A stretch of 64,000 nt of DNA from Raillietiella orientalis (GCA_036172245.1 JAYWIR010000040.1:1612001-1676000), one strand, 5' to 3'. Shown: positions 35,802-49,784, counted from the stretch's first letter. The notes: generated from the sequence alone by a model not told the origin. A program made the numbers and translations.

Positions 35802-36455
35802 TCAATCTGTGCTATCCACGTTTTCTGTCTGTAGACCCTTGAAAGAAGCTTTAGGAACAAATGTGACTAATGTATACAACTGATGTGGCGAATCTTCATC
35901 TTCGTTTCTTCTTCTAGATAAACGAACCCTGATTCTGTGTGGTACACTTCTGCAATTAAACAGGCTTTTACAGAACACTTAAATGTGAGCTTTACCTTAC
36001 TCCTTTGTACCATACTTGTTGGTTAAGTTTCGTATCAATACGAACATCCTGTGTGCCCATTTGTTTTTCAGCAAATTTTCTGATTTCTTTAATAGCACGG
36101 GGAGCACGCTTTTTGAATCCTCTGGAAAAGTGTTTCATTTGCTAAATAAAAACTCATCCAACAAAATATCAGATCAACGCCTACTAACAACACTGCGGGA
36201 TACTTATATTTCCAAAATTCAATGCGTACACTAAACCATTTCATGTTACGTTTACAAAGACGGCTAATAAATTACAAAATTCTTAAGGATGGGGGCAAAA
36301 AAAAAGAGTAAAAGAAAGGCAAAGAATAAAAAGAAAAATCAAAACTATTTCACTTACATTCCATGTAGTCTTTTATGCAAATGGATTGTGTATTCCCTGG
36401 AGACAATTTCTTTGGTAGTGGATTTCTTTTTCCTTTCACCTTTATTCTTCGCCAT
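35802..36455 (-). CDS. RpL31: 60S ribosomal protein L31 (eL31), 123 aa. Exons: 36455-36358, 36121-35996, 35949-35802
   Basis: [66 protein letters not shown]...[30 protein letters not shown]...DSTD*. GT-AG introns; total 372 nt. Confidence 0.97.
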
Positions 36456-38899
36456 TGATAAAGAACTTCCTTTATGCCAGTAACACTATAACATCTAGAA
36501 AGAAATGAGAAAATGCAACATTAACACGATGCACATAACTATGAACAATCTCAAGAACATATATTCTAACAAATTCATTACCAAACAAATTCTAACACGA
36601 TCCTTTTAACACCATCCGGATGCACATGCTTACCAATATTACAAGTATGCGATTATGGAATAATCGAGTATGCAATAGCAGAGTATTCAAAAACAATTGT
36701 CACGCAATTTCCACATTAGAATATCATTTGCACAGTATTTTCTTAACTTTCTATGTGATAAGGCTTCTTTCAAAAATATAATCAAGACCTTGTTTTCGTC
36801 TGAATGTTCGTTTTATAACTGACAATAATTGCTTTCGGCTTCGCGAATCAATTTCCAACTAAATAAAAACAAACACAAGTGAAATGGCAACATGTGAACT
36901 TATTGCAATTCTGAATATCTTTAGTTAAATTCTTTTCTATCTAGATATGATTTGCTTTTCAAGATTCAGCACCATATGGTGATTGTCTTAATAGCTCTAG
37001 CATGGATAACATTCGACAAATCAGAAATCATAGACATCAAATAACTGAATATATGAGAAAAAATGCCTTTCTCATTACTGAATGCTTGATATATTTTGGA
37101 ATGTTGCATTTAGTTAACAAATCAGTATCTCTTTTATCAAAATCCTACTTTTTTGAAATCAGCTCACGTAAAACAAGCAAGGGTTAATTCACAATTCAAG
37201 GACATTGATTTCAAAATTGTTTTCAAGAAATGCAAAAATTAGCTCCTCTTGTAAAATATTAAAAATGATGAAATGTATTTATACATCTGAGATTGACATC
37301 GGAGATGATTCTTCTACTTGACTGAGAGGTAAAAATCAGAGCTACAACACGAAAATATTCTTCTGATCAGTCAGTAGATAGAGCAGCCAGACAAGGATTC
37401 ATGTCCAATGCCTTCATGACTCGAATATTGGAACAAGTAATAATTGGGAATCTAGATGCTGCTGAAAATCTTGAAAAGATCCAAATATCCGGCACATGCT
37501 GACCACTCATACATAGAAGGTTTCGGTATTTTCACTGGTAGAAAGAAAATTTTCTATTGTAGTTTACCCTCTTCTTCCTATAATCGAAGTCAAAAAAAAG
37601 TGAACTGAATAGCACCTAATCTATGCAATTTATCAGGATGATTGTTTATCTCTTAATATATACTGGAAAATTTTTCTTCTACTAACTTACTTCCATGTGG
37701 AATTTCAGTACCTACAGAGATGCATAAATACGAAATTGCCTTATTGTTTTAATTTTTAGACCCAAAAAGTAAGAAAGATTTTACATTAGCTGATTTCGTT
37801 GATTACCATGGTGTAGCGATTCGAAAGCTTCAATTTCATTTAAAGCCCCATCAGGATATTTGATATATTATATTTACCATGAAACTCCTCCAATAACGAA
37901 AAAAGCTTCAAATCTCGAAATGGAATTTAATGATCAGGAATAATTCCCAACCGCCTATCTTAACGTTACGGATTCGTCTCGGTCTTCGTGAAAATATTCT
38001 CCGTGTTCAGAAATTTTGATTTGAATGCTAGCTTTTCATATCAATTTAAAAATTCATCTACATAATGGAGAGATTATTAAATTGAAGAAGACTTGATTTT
38101 TGATTCTTAACGCTTCGCTTATTTGAAGCAATTTAATTGGTAATTGGCATTAAGAAGGCAACTTCAATGAGGTTTGTTTCCTTGGAACATGAATTCTTAA
38201 CTTTAAAATGAATTAGAATTACATTTCCATTACAAGCGTGCTTATAAATAATGCTGAATAATAGTATAAACAATGCAAAGTCATCTCAGAATAATTACGC
38301 AGTAAATCATATTTCACTGATAGCTTTCGGTTTCATATTCCATCTATTTATTAGTCGTAGATGGTGGCCGACTGTTTGTCCGCTGACTCGCAAGTCTTCC
38401 ACAATTTGATATGATTTTCTCTCTGGTATTAATGAATTCATTTTTATTATAACAAGATACTCTTACGCATTTAATTCATGTATCATGTTTGCTCTTTAGT
38501 TTTTTTCATTAATATAATCCTGGTTAATTCATTAAGAATTCAGATCCATATCAATGAAAAGCAAAGTGTTTCATGCTAAAGCTTTATGGGCATTATACTG
38601 AATGATAAGTTTTGTTGATATTCAATACAAAAATTAAGCTTGCCTTTCAAATTTTGGTGTTGCCTTTGCACTACTTTCTTCCCAAATTCCCAAATTCAAA
38701 AGCTCGATCCCCCCCCCCCGCCCCATGGTTTTGTTCCAAACGAATGACATTCTCAGGAAAATTCATTTTAAAACAGCTATTTTCATACTTTTACGAAGAG
38801 GAAAAGAATATGTAAGGGATACCTTAAACCTTTTCTTGTTTTTGATAAAAAGGGGGAGACGATTCTCAGTTTGGAGTTTCGCTGTTACGAAGAGACAGT

Positions 38900-41620
38900 A
38901 TTAACACAAAATTGGGAAATGGCATCTATTTATTAGCACATTAGCTTCATCGAACAAATTATAAAAGAATGAAGATCTAAAGGTAAAGCTTTTGAACCAT
39001 TCCCAGCTGCGTTTCACCTCGAATGAAGGGAACTCGCACCAGAAGACATGCGCAGAAGAGCTCATCAATATGCTCGCCTGGTTCGAAGCGCTTCGCTGCC
39101 ACCACGAAGTCATCGAAATCACCCTGCGGCACACCACCATTCGCAGGGTCGGTGCTTGGGACAGGTCGGAGCACATCGTACACCTCTTCTGCAGTTTTCA
39201 ATACGGCAACAGGAAAATGAGGCAGAAAGAGTATCGGGTGCTCAACTCCAAGTACGACTCGTAATACTAGGATCAGTGCGAGAGGAGGTGCGTTGTCCGT
39301 ATGATAAAAGGGGAAATCGGTGTGCCGGAGAAGAACATCGCCAACGACGTCTGCAGCCTCCAACACAACGATCAAGGGTCCGTCGCATGCCGGAAGGCAT
39401 CGTGGAAGCTTTCCAACAGCACTACAGCTTTCACTGCCGGCATCAAAAGTACCGTGAACGATGGAGCAGGAAGTTCGCCTGCGTGAAAGCTCGAACACGC
39501 AGACAGCAAGATCCCGCTCAAAGAGGAAATCTCTATCGAGGAAGTGAAAAGCCCGTTCGTGGGACTACGCAAGCGGCCGACCCTTACACTGCGTCCATCT
39601 CCCACTATCGGCAGTACCTGCGTGCCTACAAACACACACTAAGAACACAAGAGGAACAGAAGCTTCCTGCCGCCGTTCCATGGCAGCAGGATGAGAATAA
39701 TGTCTGCGAAAGGTGACCCGGAAAATGCCGCCTCCTTTCAGCAGCATCTTGAGTTCGGATGTCAAGTGGTTGGCTAAGATTTGGGCCAACCACATCATGC
39801 CATCGGTCGCGGGGATGAATTGTGTCCGGACGATGTAAACGACATCAACTATAGCTGGTGTGTAGGTACGGACCTGGTGCTGGTTTTCAAGGATGAGGAG
39901 AAAGCATTCGACACTGCGGACCACGGGATGTTGCAGAAGATATTGAGTTACCAGGGATTTCCAAGATACTTCAGCCAGTACGTGGACAGGATATCCGAAG
40001 GATATCAGAATACTAGGAACAAGGGGAAAGACAAGAACGCAGCCTGGATGAAGAGGGAAGTCCTCCAAGAAGTCTGATGCTGCCCGCGATCTATATGGAA
40101 CCTGTTTCGTTGCTGATCGGAAGAAGCAGCCTCCTTTAGGGATTACCATTGACACTGACTGATGGACTCACTGGCGTATGCGGGCGCTCTCTTCTTGCCG
40201 AAGGATCAGCATGCGTTCCTGAAAGTAGTCAGGAAATGGGATTGGGCCCTCAAGATCAACTCCCAGAAGTCGTAGTGTTTGCCCATAGGAACCCTGGACC
40301 TTTCCACGTTAACAAGGGAGGGATTCCGAGTGGTGGACGACATCAAGTGTCAAGGAATCCACATTGGGGATGCCTCGGCTTCGCAGATCCTGTGGGAAGA
40401 AATCCTTGGAGAAGCAGGAGAGGAAGCTGAGAAGTATGCCCGAGTCCAAGTCAGCACGAAGCAGAGGGCGAACTTGTGGAAAGGCGTGCCACTTTCCAAG
40501 GTGCCCGCCGGAGCGGCCTTCTTCCAAACAGACAAGAAGACTCTGGTGGAGGCGGAACAGCTCCAGAGGAAGCTGCTATGGTTGGAATTCAAAACTGACG
40601 TCTCGAGTGGTCTGACGTCAGCTCTTATGGGCAAAGCAGGAGGATAGGTGAACATCGATCCCACCTGGGAGAGGAAGTAGGCACTGATGAAGACTCTCCG
40701 ACTAAAGTTAGTGCCTCGCAGCAGAGAAATAGAGAGCGAAGAACTGGCCTTGGCGATTCCTTGCTTCCTTCCCGTTCCACGGGAGACGCGGCCATGGTTG
40801 CACCAATGGTTACCCAGACGGACCATTCGAGACTGTGAGTCGCTCGCTGCCAGTGGCTACCGCCATCAAATGCGGCTGCTCCGCTAACCCGAAAGGGGCC
40901 AAAGGAAGATGACGGACAATAATGCCACAGGACCTGGAACATGGCAAAGTCAAGACACCAAAACGGTGGCCAGAGTCGCAAAAAAGAATGTTCGGGAATT
41001 CATTCCAGAAAGACAAAAGGGGTAACGCCCTCGCCGCAGCTGCCAGCCGCTTCGGGATCCGCAACGTGGACCTGCAAGCTGCTGGAGAGAGCCTGGAGAA
41101 GCGTCCTGCCACGAGACACTCAAGACGACCTTCTCATGTTTCACCACGGAGGGACGTCGAGTGGATTCAGTGCTGGAGTGGCAACGTGCGAGATGTGCAC
41201 GGCCTGTGGGGCGAGGGAGACCCAACTCCACGTGCTCACCTGTCCAACACTGGGCCGAGACTGGGTAACGCTGAAGGTGGTGACGAACTTGCAGACCAGT
41301 ACGGGAGTGGAAGTCCTGGCGGGGATGTTTGGTAGGGGACGGCAGCGTCCCCCGACACAGTCCCATTTGCCTCTTCGTGACGAGTATCGTGATGAGAAGT
41401 GCAAAATTGAAGCAAAGAAGAAGAATGGAATACCATTTATGCTCGGAAGGAATTCCTGAGAGGGCTGATCCAAAAGAAAAAGTGGAATCAGGAAATCGTG
41501 GGGAAGGTCCCGCCCGGATATATCTCGAAGAAGGTCGGCGATCACACCTGGGTGTTGTCGTCGATCCTAGAGATCCCAAGTGTAAGCTCAAGACACCATG
41601 CGCCGGAATAAATCAACTTG
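38900..41620 (+). mobile_element. Decayed L1/Tx1-like non-LTR retrotransposon (ORF2 relic, internally deleted)
   Basis: 'KASWKLSNS' (end of APE), 'LVFKDEEKAFDTADHGML' (RT), 'DDIKCQGIHIG...LWEEIL...STKQRANLW...LSKV' and 'CTACGARETQLHVLTCP' (CCHC knuckle), all in the correct order. Confidence 0.75.
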
Positions 41621-43599
41621 GGATTAGAAGTGCAGTGCTAACCAAAACACCAGAGTGTAACAGCTAAGCATGTGTCTCTTGATTGTAGTGTTTGTAAATT
41701 GCGTGTTTTCAACAAGCTCATCCCAGCGGCTGTCGGATTTGGAGAAAAGTGTGGTAGATGGGATGTGCAGCTGTATGCACTTGTAGATTGTAAAAAACCT
41801 CGTGATAGAAGTGTACGTTGTAATTCTATTACAACTGTTTTGTTTGAAGAGTAATGTAAAGAAATGAAGGTTTTTGATTTTATGTTCAACATATTTCACA
41901 GGTTTACTCAATTCCAGGATTAACTTGGAAATCGAATGCAACCAGTTTCTGTATATTGTAATGTAATAAGTTTCTGTGGATTTTTGTTCGGCATTTTTTT
42001 TTTTTGTTTTATTCACCAAAATCGGGAATTTTTAAAAAAGTGTCAACAAGTTAAGGAAAATCTTCAAATGAAAAATTACATGAGAAAATAATTGCCAATC
42101 GTGATTGATTTCCATCAACTTGTGTACACGAAATAAAATCGGAATTCTATCTATTTTGACATTACAGTCCACAATTTCGTGTATTGCAATGTTTTCTTCT
42201 TCTTTTTTTTTCTTTCTGCATCTCTTGAATTTTAGTTTAGTTTTCTTGGCATGTCGTTGGTTACTTTGAATTCAGAATTTTTTACTCCCATCTTCTCAGT
42301 GAAACAGTCCTGATCATTAAAGATTGCGATTACCATCGGGGTCCTCATTCTACATTCATTACATTTGCACTTTTCGTAGTTTATAATTTTCCTCTCGAAA
42401 CCCTCTATTTGCTCGGGACTTGTCGGTTGTCGGGGGGGGGGGGGGCATCGAATGTGGCTTCCACAAACGAAGGAACTGGCAGATCATTTTTGATTTTCTC
42501 AGTGCGTCACTTCCATGTTCCTAACGGAAAATTCTTGATGATAATGTATTCTGATCGTTAGGAAAAACTTTCAATGCCCGGTGACTCTTGGAATGCTTTT
42601 TCACTTGTAGTGCTTAGATTCTTGATTCTACAAGGCTTTTTGCATTTCACTCTTATCCTTCAAACATCCGATACACACATACTCTTTTCGAAGAGAATTT
42701 CAATTTCGACGATCCCATGGTAGATGTTGGACCTCATGCATCAATGTATACCTTTGTTTTTATTTTTGATGTATAATTCAAGTTCGTACCATCATAGCAC
42801 TTGAAAGCCGAATCATAATTCTGTTTTTTTTTTTGTAATGGATTTGATAACAACCCGAACTGCTGCTGACCTTAATGGGCCGAGCTTCGGTTTTCTAAGG
42901 ATTGGTGTTTTCTTTGCCCTCGTTCATCATGTTGGTCTTCGAAAGGAAGCGTAGTGATTTCGGAGAGAAAGCTGGAACTATTTAAAATGGCAGCAAGAAA
43001 TTACTTGCAGGTCTTTTGGAATATCATGGAAAAATCGATCTATTCCAGAAGCTGCATGCAGCTTTGCTGTACATGGATTAAGGGGTGCTTCTGATGGGTG
43101 CTCCTGATGAAGAACGGTGCTTTCCGGCTCGGGAAAGCAGCTGTCTCTTTAGAACAATCTGAAGTGTTTGTAGGGTTCTACCGGTCGTGAAGAAACGAAG
43201 ACGAAGACACTCACGTGCAGGCAGCCATAAATCAGAGATCATTATGGGAGTGTCCTTAGCATGAAACAGACCACAGAAAGTAACTGCCGGTTGCGTGTTG
43301 TCGTCGACCTACGAGTGTGGCTGCTTGCAAGAGGAACGTTTCATAAAAAGTGGCTGCTCCTCACTTATGCATGAACGGGAATGTGAAAGTAGAGATTTGC
43401 TGTAGACGATCCTGCAATTCCACACAAGTCGGAGCGAATTCCCACCAGGAAAACATGACAGCACGGTGGAAACTCGTGAATGCGTTTGTTTTAACGTGTG
43501 AAGACTTCCTCCGCCGTAAAAATTCTGATTTTAATTTGAAATGCACGCTTTAATCAGGAATGTGCCTGGGCAAGTTTCCAGGCGCTGTTGACACAGCAA

Positions 43600-44000
43600 A
43601 TTTGGAGATCACCATGGAAACGGTCGTGGAGCTGTCCGGTCTAGCAGGGCAGTTAGCAAACTGTTGGTTAATTATTCGATGCCGGGATCGGGAACTCGAT
43701 CCCGAGATTTTTCCCTGATCCCTCGGCGGTGCTTCGTTATTTCCTGTCCGCTGCCGTTGATTTCGTTAGCAGTGGAACTTGAAAGTTGTCGGGTGAGCGT
43801 CAGCGAAATTTGAAATTCGGCGGTTTGCATGTCAGCATGGTAACCTTTGTCACCATTGTGCCGTGTGTTACCGATGCAATAATGATAAATAAGCAACCAA
43901 AAGTTCCACCATTTCGGTAAACAGCGGCGGCAACAGAGTGCCTGCTGCTGGTTTGATGGAATTGAGGAAACAGTTCTTTTGGTTGTGCTTTTAGCGTTAG
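43600..44000 (+). promoter_or_regulatory. CpG-rich promoter/5'UTR region of the TRIM-NHL gene
   Basis: CpG-dense segment ending at a donor-like AG|GTAAAG (44001), followed by abrupt CpG depletion through the gene body. Confidence 0.45.
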
Positions 44001-44283
44001 GTAAAGTGGTATGTTCAAAAATTCATAAACGATTTCAACCTTCACTCACATGCATGTATGAATAATGATATAAAATGAACTCTTATTTGAATGGAATGTT
44101 GATAAAAAATTCTGCTTTACAGGTATCTAGAAAAGCTGTATAAAACGTGTGCTCAAAATGTGTAAATACAAAAAGGGCATCTGTGAAGCCATACTGATTG
44201 AAACCGAAATATGGGAAAGATTCAGTATTTAAAAAACTGATTAATGCTGAGTTTATGGTCTTCAAGGATGCGTATATTTTGTT

Positions 44284-47200
44284 ATGATGGAACAATATGA
44301 AAGTCAAAATATGTTTTCTGACTCTGTTCAGTCATTTGATGATAATGATATATGTGAGATATGCCATACTAGATATGTTATTCCAAGAATCTTGTCATGC
44401 TTGCATGTGTATTGCGAATCCTGTTTGGAAAAGCTTGTTTTAAGTGAACATGGAGAGACATGTAATGAAAAAATTATTAGTTGTCCTGGATGCAATCAGG
44501 AAACAAAAGTATTATTTTTTTTTGGTTTGTTATTTTGTTTGTAAAGCTATTACACATGCAGTCAGATTTTTGTAGATGCTTTTTTGATTTTTGTTTAGAA
44601 TATTCTTGTAATATCTACTTATGAAGCATGTAAATTATCAAAACGCTATTTTGTTGTATAGGTTGAAAATTTACAGACTAAGAAAGTATTGTGTTTCATC
44701 TTCCAAATAATACTTAGTAAAGTCTTCATACTGAAACACATAACAGAAATCATACTTCCTCATGATCGGTGATGTAGTATGATTATCACAAAACACTTTC
44801 ACATTGCTATCTCGTGTTTAGCAATTAGTTTGAGTTTATATTAATGAAGGACGACGTAAATCTACAGCAATTTCGAAGGGTTAAAAATCGAAACATTGTA
44901 ACACGTTTTCTCTGTGTGAAGTTGAATGCAATCATCTTTGTGCCTTCCACCATTTGGACTAAATGCTGCTTTCTTTAGGATTTTCATTGCATGGGGAGGA
45001 TTCCTTTTACGCCAGTGATTATATTTTCTGCTGCTGTAAGATTATTGTAGATTGACATTGTTGAAAATTCATGTGTGCTTAATTTGCTGTTTAGATTTTA
45101 TGATCTTCAGCATTGGGTATACTGCAAAGGATACTTTGAAAGAATTTGCAGAGATCTAGGTAATAAGTGCTAATAAATGTTAAATGCAGTAATTTGTAAT
45201 CATGACTACATTGTGTAAACAGATGTCATATAGCTGCAATTGTAAGGTGGTGTAGCACTCCTCTTGCTTGGTTAATAGATCCTGAACATTTATTAGCAAC
45301 TTTTGAACCTTGTGTCTATCAAAATACTTAATTGATTTTAAATTTGTTAAAATGATTAATGCCTTTAATAATGTCAGCATAGTTTACATTATTAAAAATT
45401 GCATCTCATATCACATTTTGACTGGCATATTACACTTTGGGTTTACATAGACTATTTGTTTGTTCCGTTGATCATATGGGAAGGAATCTTCAATTTGAAA
45501 ATTTGGACCAAAAATCTCATTATTGTTTAATTAAGCTGGGACCATAAAATGTAGGATGTGCTTTAAGATTTTTGTACGTGGATCCATATACTAGGAGTAA
45601 ATAAGTGTGCTGTTTCCATTGAGAGATTCATTTATGACTGCTGTTTCTTTGCATAGGAATCTTAACATCTTAAAGCAGTGATAGCAAAGAGGACTGTGAC
45701 TGGTTGAATCATAAGTAGCATTTTATTATAAATGAAAAAAAAAAACAAAAAAAGGTTTATTGCAACACTTGAAAACAGGTATATATCTGGTAATTGAAAT
45801 TTATAGTTTAACCAAAGAGCAATGAAATACTGTTGGATCCATGAAGAAATTTCTACAAAGTATCCAGGATATCAAATATATATATCTGGTTTTTGACAGG
45901 GTAGAATGAAATCTTTTCAGATGGTGTTATGAAGAATAATTTAAAAGCTTTATCATGAGTTATCTTCAGTTGGAGTCCATTTTTAGCATATTATATGGCT
46001 TCCAAAAGTAAATTGATTGGAATCTGAGAATGAATTTGTTAATAAAAACTTTTAAATAATTCTTGAAATGTTTTTTTAGTATTATCTGTTATGCATCGAG
46101 TTTTCCTACCAAAAGTAGTTCACTCGTATTTCTTTATAGCAAATGATTTAATTTTAAGATCTGGAACTTAACAAAATGCTGTTTTCTGATTTCTGTCATT
46201 CTGACTTATCTTAATTTTTGAATGGGGACAATAGGTTTAACCATATTTTTACACTTACATCAACACGTCTTTAACAAAAGTCTGTTCATTTAGCTTCCTT
46301 TTTTGTAAAGTGAATAGGCATGCATATAAGCAAACTAACTTTGCAAAGCATACAAGGTCAGTTTGATGGATTGATTTTAAGCTTAATGTAATAATGATGC
46401 ATGGCTTTCAGACTGCTGTGTTGCCTTGATATTCCGTAGTTGAATTTTTTTTATTTCAAGAAGCGTATCTTGAACCTGACAAAATGAGAAAAACCTTCAT
46501 AATTTTTTTCGAAACCCAGACACAAAAAAGAAATATGAATTCTTACATTTCTAGCATTCACTTGAATATCATTATTTATTCTACTTTGTATTAAGGAATT
46601 GTATTCATTATTTTTCAAATAAGTATGTGCTTATGCAAATGTAACTGCCCCTGAATTGTTTGCAGAATTGTTGTGTGTTGGGAATGCGGTAACATTTTAC
46701 AATCCATTTTACATCTTACAATTTTTATTTCTTGGGGAGAGATTTGTTGTTACTTTGTGTACTTTGGCTAACAAATTTTCAAATATGATCTTTACATGTG
46801 GAGCACTGGCTTTTTTCTAGATTGTTGACAAAGGAATACCATCTTTGCCATTGGACTATGTTCTGTCAAATTTACTGGATATGGCTGCAATCAGAAATCA
46901 GACTGTTTTGTGCACCTCTTGTAAGGCTAAAGTCAAAGCAGTTGCTAGGTGTTCAGACTGCGCCAATTTTTTGTGCCCTAACTGCAATTCAGCTCATCAA
47001 GTGAGTTTTTTTGTACATTATGTGTTTACACATTCTTAGCATATGAGATGCTTTGAAAACCATCGTGTAGCATCGTTTGAGGATTTGCTTAAGAGTTCTG
47101 AAAAATTGCCAATCCACACCCCTATTAAATGTTCTTTGCACTCTAATGAGGTTTTGCATCAGTTTTGTCATTCTTGCCAAGTGAGTGGATGTTCTTGTTG

Positions 47201-49784
47201 GAATACAAAAGTGACCATCAGTCTAGGTACCCATTTGCAAGGAATGTACAATAGAAGAGCATAAATCTCCAGAGCACCACTTTGATCGGATTTGTGACAT
47301 TGAAGAGCAGCAACGCAAAGAGTTGCATAATTTAGTAGCTGACAGCAAACTAAAAGTCCCCTTTTTAGAGGAAGTATCTGAGGAACTACAGCGTGCTTTA
47401 CAAGACTTGGAACGCCATAGAGACAAAGCCAAAATGCTTATTGAAGATGCTGCGCATGTAATATATTTCAATTCGCAGTTTAGCTATTGATCCCTTTAGA
47501 ATCTTAGAATCCTGCTAGATCACTATAAGAATGAAGCTTTATCTCAACTGGAATGCTTTCACAATCAACAAGAATTGAAAATCATGGACTCTTTTAAGAG
47601 GTTTGCACACAGATATTCATTGGGGGTGGGGAGGAGAAAAACTTCCAATTTTCTGTCTAGAGTTGAAAAAACTATGTTCAAAATGGAAGATGCATGCCGT
47701 TTTTCTTTGCGTCTACTAGAGCATGGAAGCATGCTAGAAATATTAATGCTGAAGTCTCATGTAGTAGCACAGTTACTCCACTTAACAAGTTTTACTCCAA
47801 ACATGGATTTCAGTGTGCATATAACTTTTGTGACTCAACCTAGCAAATATGAGGAAAGCATGCAAGTGAGTTAGTTGCATAGGTAGATGGAACTTTCTCC
47901 TTAGGAACTGTTTGGTAAATTGCAGCAACCAGATACCCATGTATCTCCTTTACCTTTGCCAGTTGTAATTCCTGCGTCCTTTGATGACAACAGGTTTCTT
48001 CCCTCTCCTATTCTGACATCCACTCCTCAATTAGCCAACTTAAATATAAGCACAGATGTTCTTGAATATAATCTCAAGCAGTTAGCTAATTTGGCTGGTA
48101 AGTAAACTATCTTGCTCCCTTGATGAAAAGCACAAGGAGTCATCATGTCAATCCTTCTTTCTGCTGCCCTTTGATCCTTGCTCTTCTGTATCTTTGCCTG
48201 ATATTTTCATCTGTGATCTCAATGCAACTAATGAGTTGGATGATTTGAGCTTTCAAAGTGAAAATATGCAGAATAATTTGTAAGCTTTAATTCAGTTGGG
48301 CTTTTCTCCCACAGGAGTTGGTGAGTCAAGTTTTCAGGGTTTCCATGTTTTTAAAAGCTATTAGAAAATACGATAACTTAGTAAATATCCATTGTTACTG
48401 TTTTTTTAATTTACATAGCTGATCATCTGACCATTTCAAATGCAATGGAACCTATTCCACCCAATGGAACACTTGCTCCTGCAAATAGCTTGTCCATTTC
48501 TCCTAATTCACTTCTGAATAATAATCCCAGTAAGCTATTGATAAATATTGTGATCTGATTATTTGTAGTTGTAAATGGCATCATTCCTAGCCCATTGCAG
48601 AATTCCAGTGTAAAAAACAATTCCTTTTTAAATGCTCCAAGTCACTTGCAGCAAGGATGGAATAAGTATGATAGATAATCCCCTAAGGGCATCAGAACTA
48701 CATATTTGGTAGTTCCGCCATTTATTCTTCTTTGCGTTCTTCAGTTGCAAAACTGAACTCCATGCAGATAAGGTGTAAATTCGGACAACTTGGTCCAGCT
48801 AAGGGGCAATTTAATTCTCCTCATGGGTTTTGTTTGGGTGTTGATCAAGATATTGTAGTTGCTGATACGAATAATCACAGAATCCAGGTATGTTCTCTAA
48901 GCACGATTATTGTTGATTCATTGTATTTCACAGGTATTTAACAAAAATGGAGAATTCCGTTGCCAATTTGGCATCCCAGGAAAGGAAGAAGGACAGTTGT
49001 GGTTCCCGAGAAAAGTTGCAATAATGCGTGTATCTGGAAAGTTTGTTGTCTGTGATCGCGGTAATGAGAGATCACGCATGCAGATATTCACCAGGAATGG
49101 ACAGTTCTTGAAAAAAATTGCTATAAGGTTGAGACCATCGATTTTGGGTTAGATGTGTGTATGATCATGTCAAATTAGATACATTGACATAGTTGCTGGA
49201 TTGGCTATTTCACAGTGTAGCCATATTGTTGCTGTTGACAGTGTGTCACCAACAATATTCATTATTGCTGAAACAGGTGAATTGGTCAAGTGGTTTGACT
49301 GCAGTGAGTATATGCGAGAACCATCTGACATTGCCATAAATGGTGAGCTTGGTTCTTGTTTTCATGCAATCTTAGTGGCTGCTGAATCATTTCAGACAAA
49401 GAATACTTTGTTTGTGACTTCAAAGGCCACTGTGTTGTAGTATTCAACGAGAATGGACGATTTTTGAGACGAATTGGATGTGAAAATATTACAAATTTCC
49501 CCAATGGGATTGATATTTCTGATGCTGGAGACATCTTAGTTGGAGATTCCCATGGGAATCGTTTCCATGTTGCTGTTTTCTCCTGTGATGGATCGCTGCT
49601 ATCTGAATTTGAGTGCCCCTATGTCAAGGTGATTTGTCACATCCAGTTTAATGCTGTTGCTTGTATGTGTCAAATTTAGGTATCCCGATGTTGTGGTCTG
49701 AAGATAACTTCTGAGGGATATGTGATTACCTTAGCCAAAAATAACCATCATGTTCTCATCCTGGACACATTGTATATTGCCTGA
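44284..49784 (+). CDS. mei-P26: TRIM-NHL protein, mei-P26/NHL-2 type (RING, 2 B-boxes, coiled coil, NHL). Exons: 44284-44508, 46821-47000, 47040-47180, 47227-47457, 47500-47600, 47661-47865, 47905-48097, 48419-48529, 48569-48665, 48713-48887, 48934-49127, 49179-49342, 49396-49628, 49680-49784
   Basis: RING 'CEIC...[14 protein letters not shown]...CPGC', B-box 'CTSCK...[18 protein letters not shown]', and NHL '[11 protein letters not shown]...[10 protein letters not shown]...[14 protein letters not shown]...[10 protein letters not shown]...[26 protein letters not shown]', characteristic of mei-P26. AATAAA at 50457-50462. Confidence 0.93.

Noticed and set aside
43100..43150. Hammerhead-like CTGATGA...GAAAGC, with a possible Penelope GIY-YIG relic at 42300-42800
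   Set aside because: Stem II pairs poorly, stems I and III are not convincing, and the peptide similarity is too weak to support.
48281..48283. TAA at a probable Gln position as evidence for an alternative genetic code or readthrough
   Set aside because: RpL10a, HMGB and SAP30 all terminate with TAA, no other in-frame TAA occurs in conserved exons, and the segment is also frameshifted.
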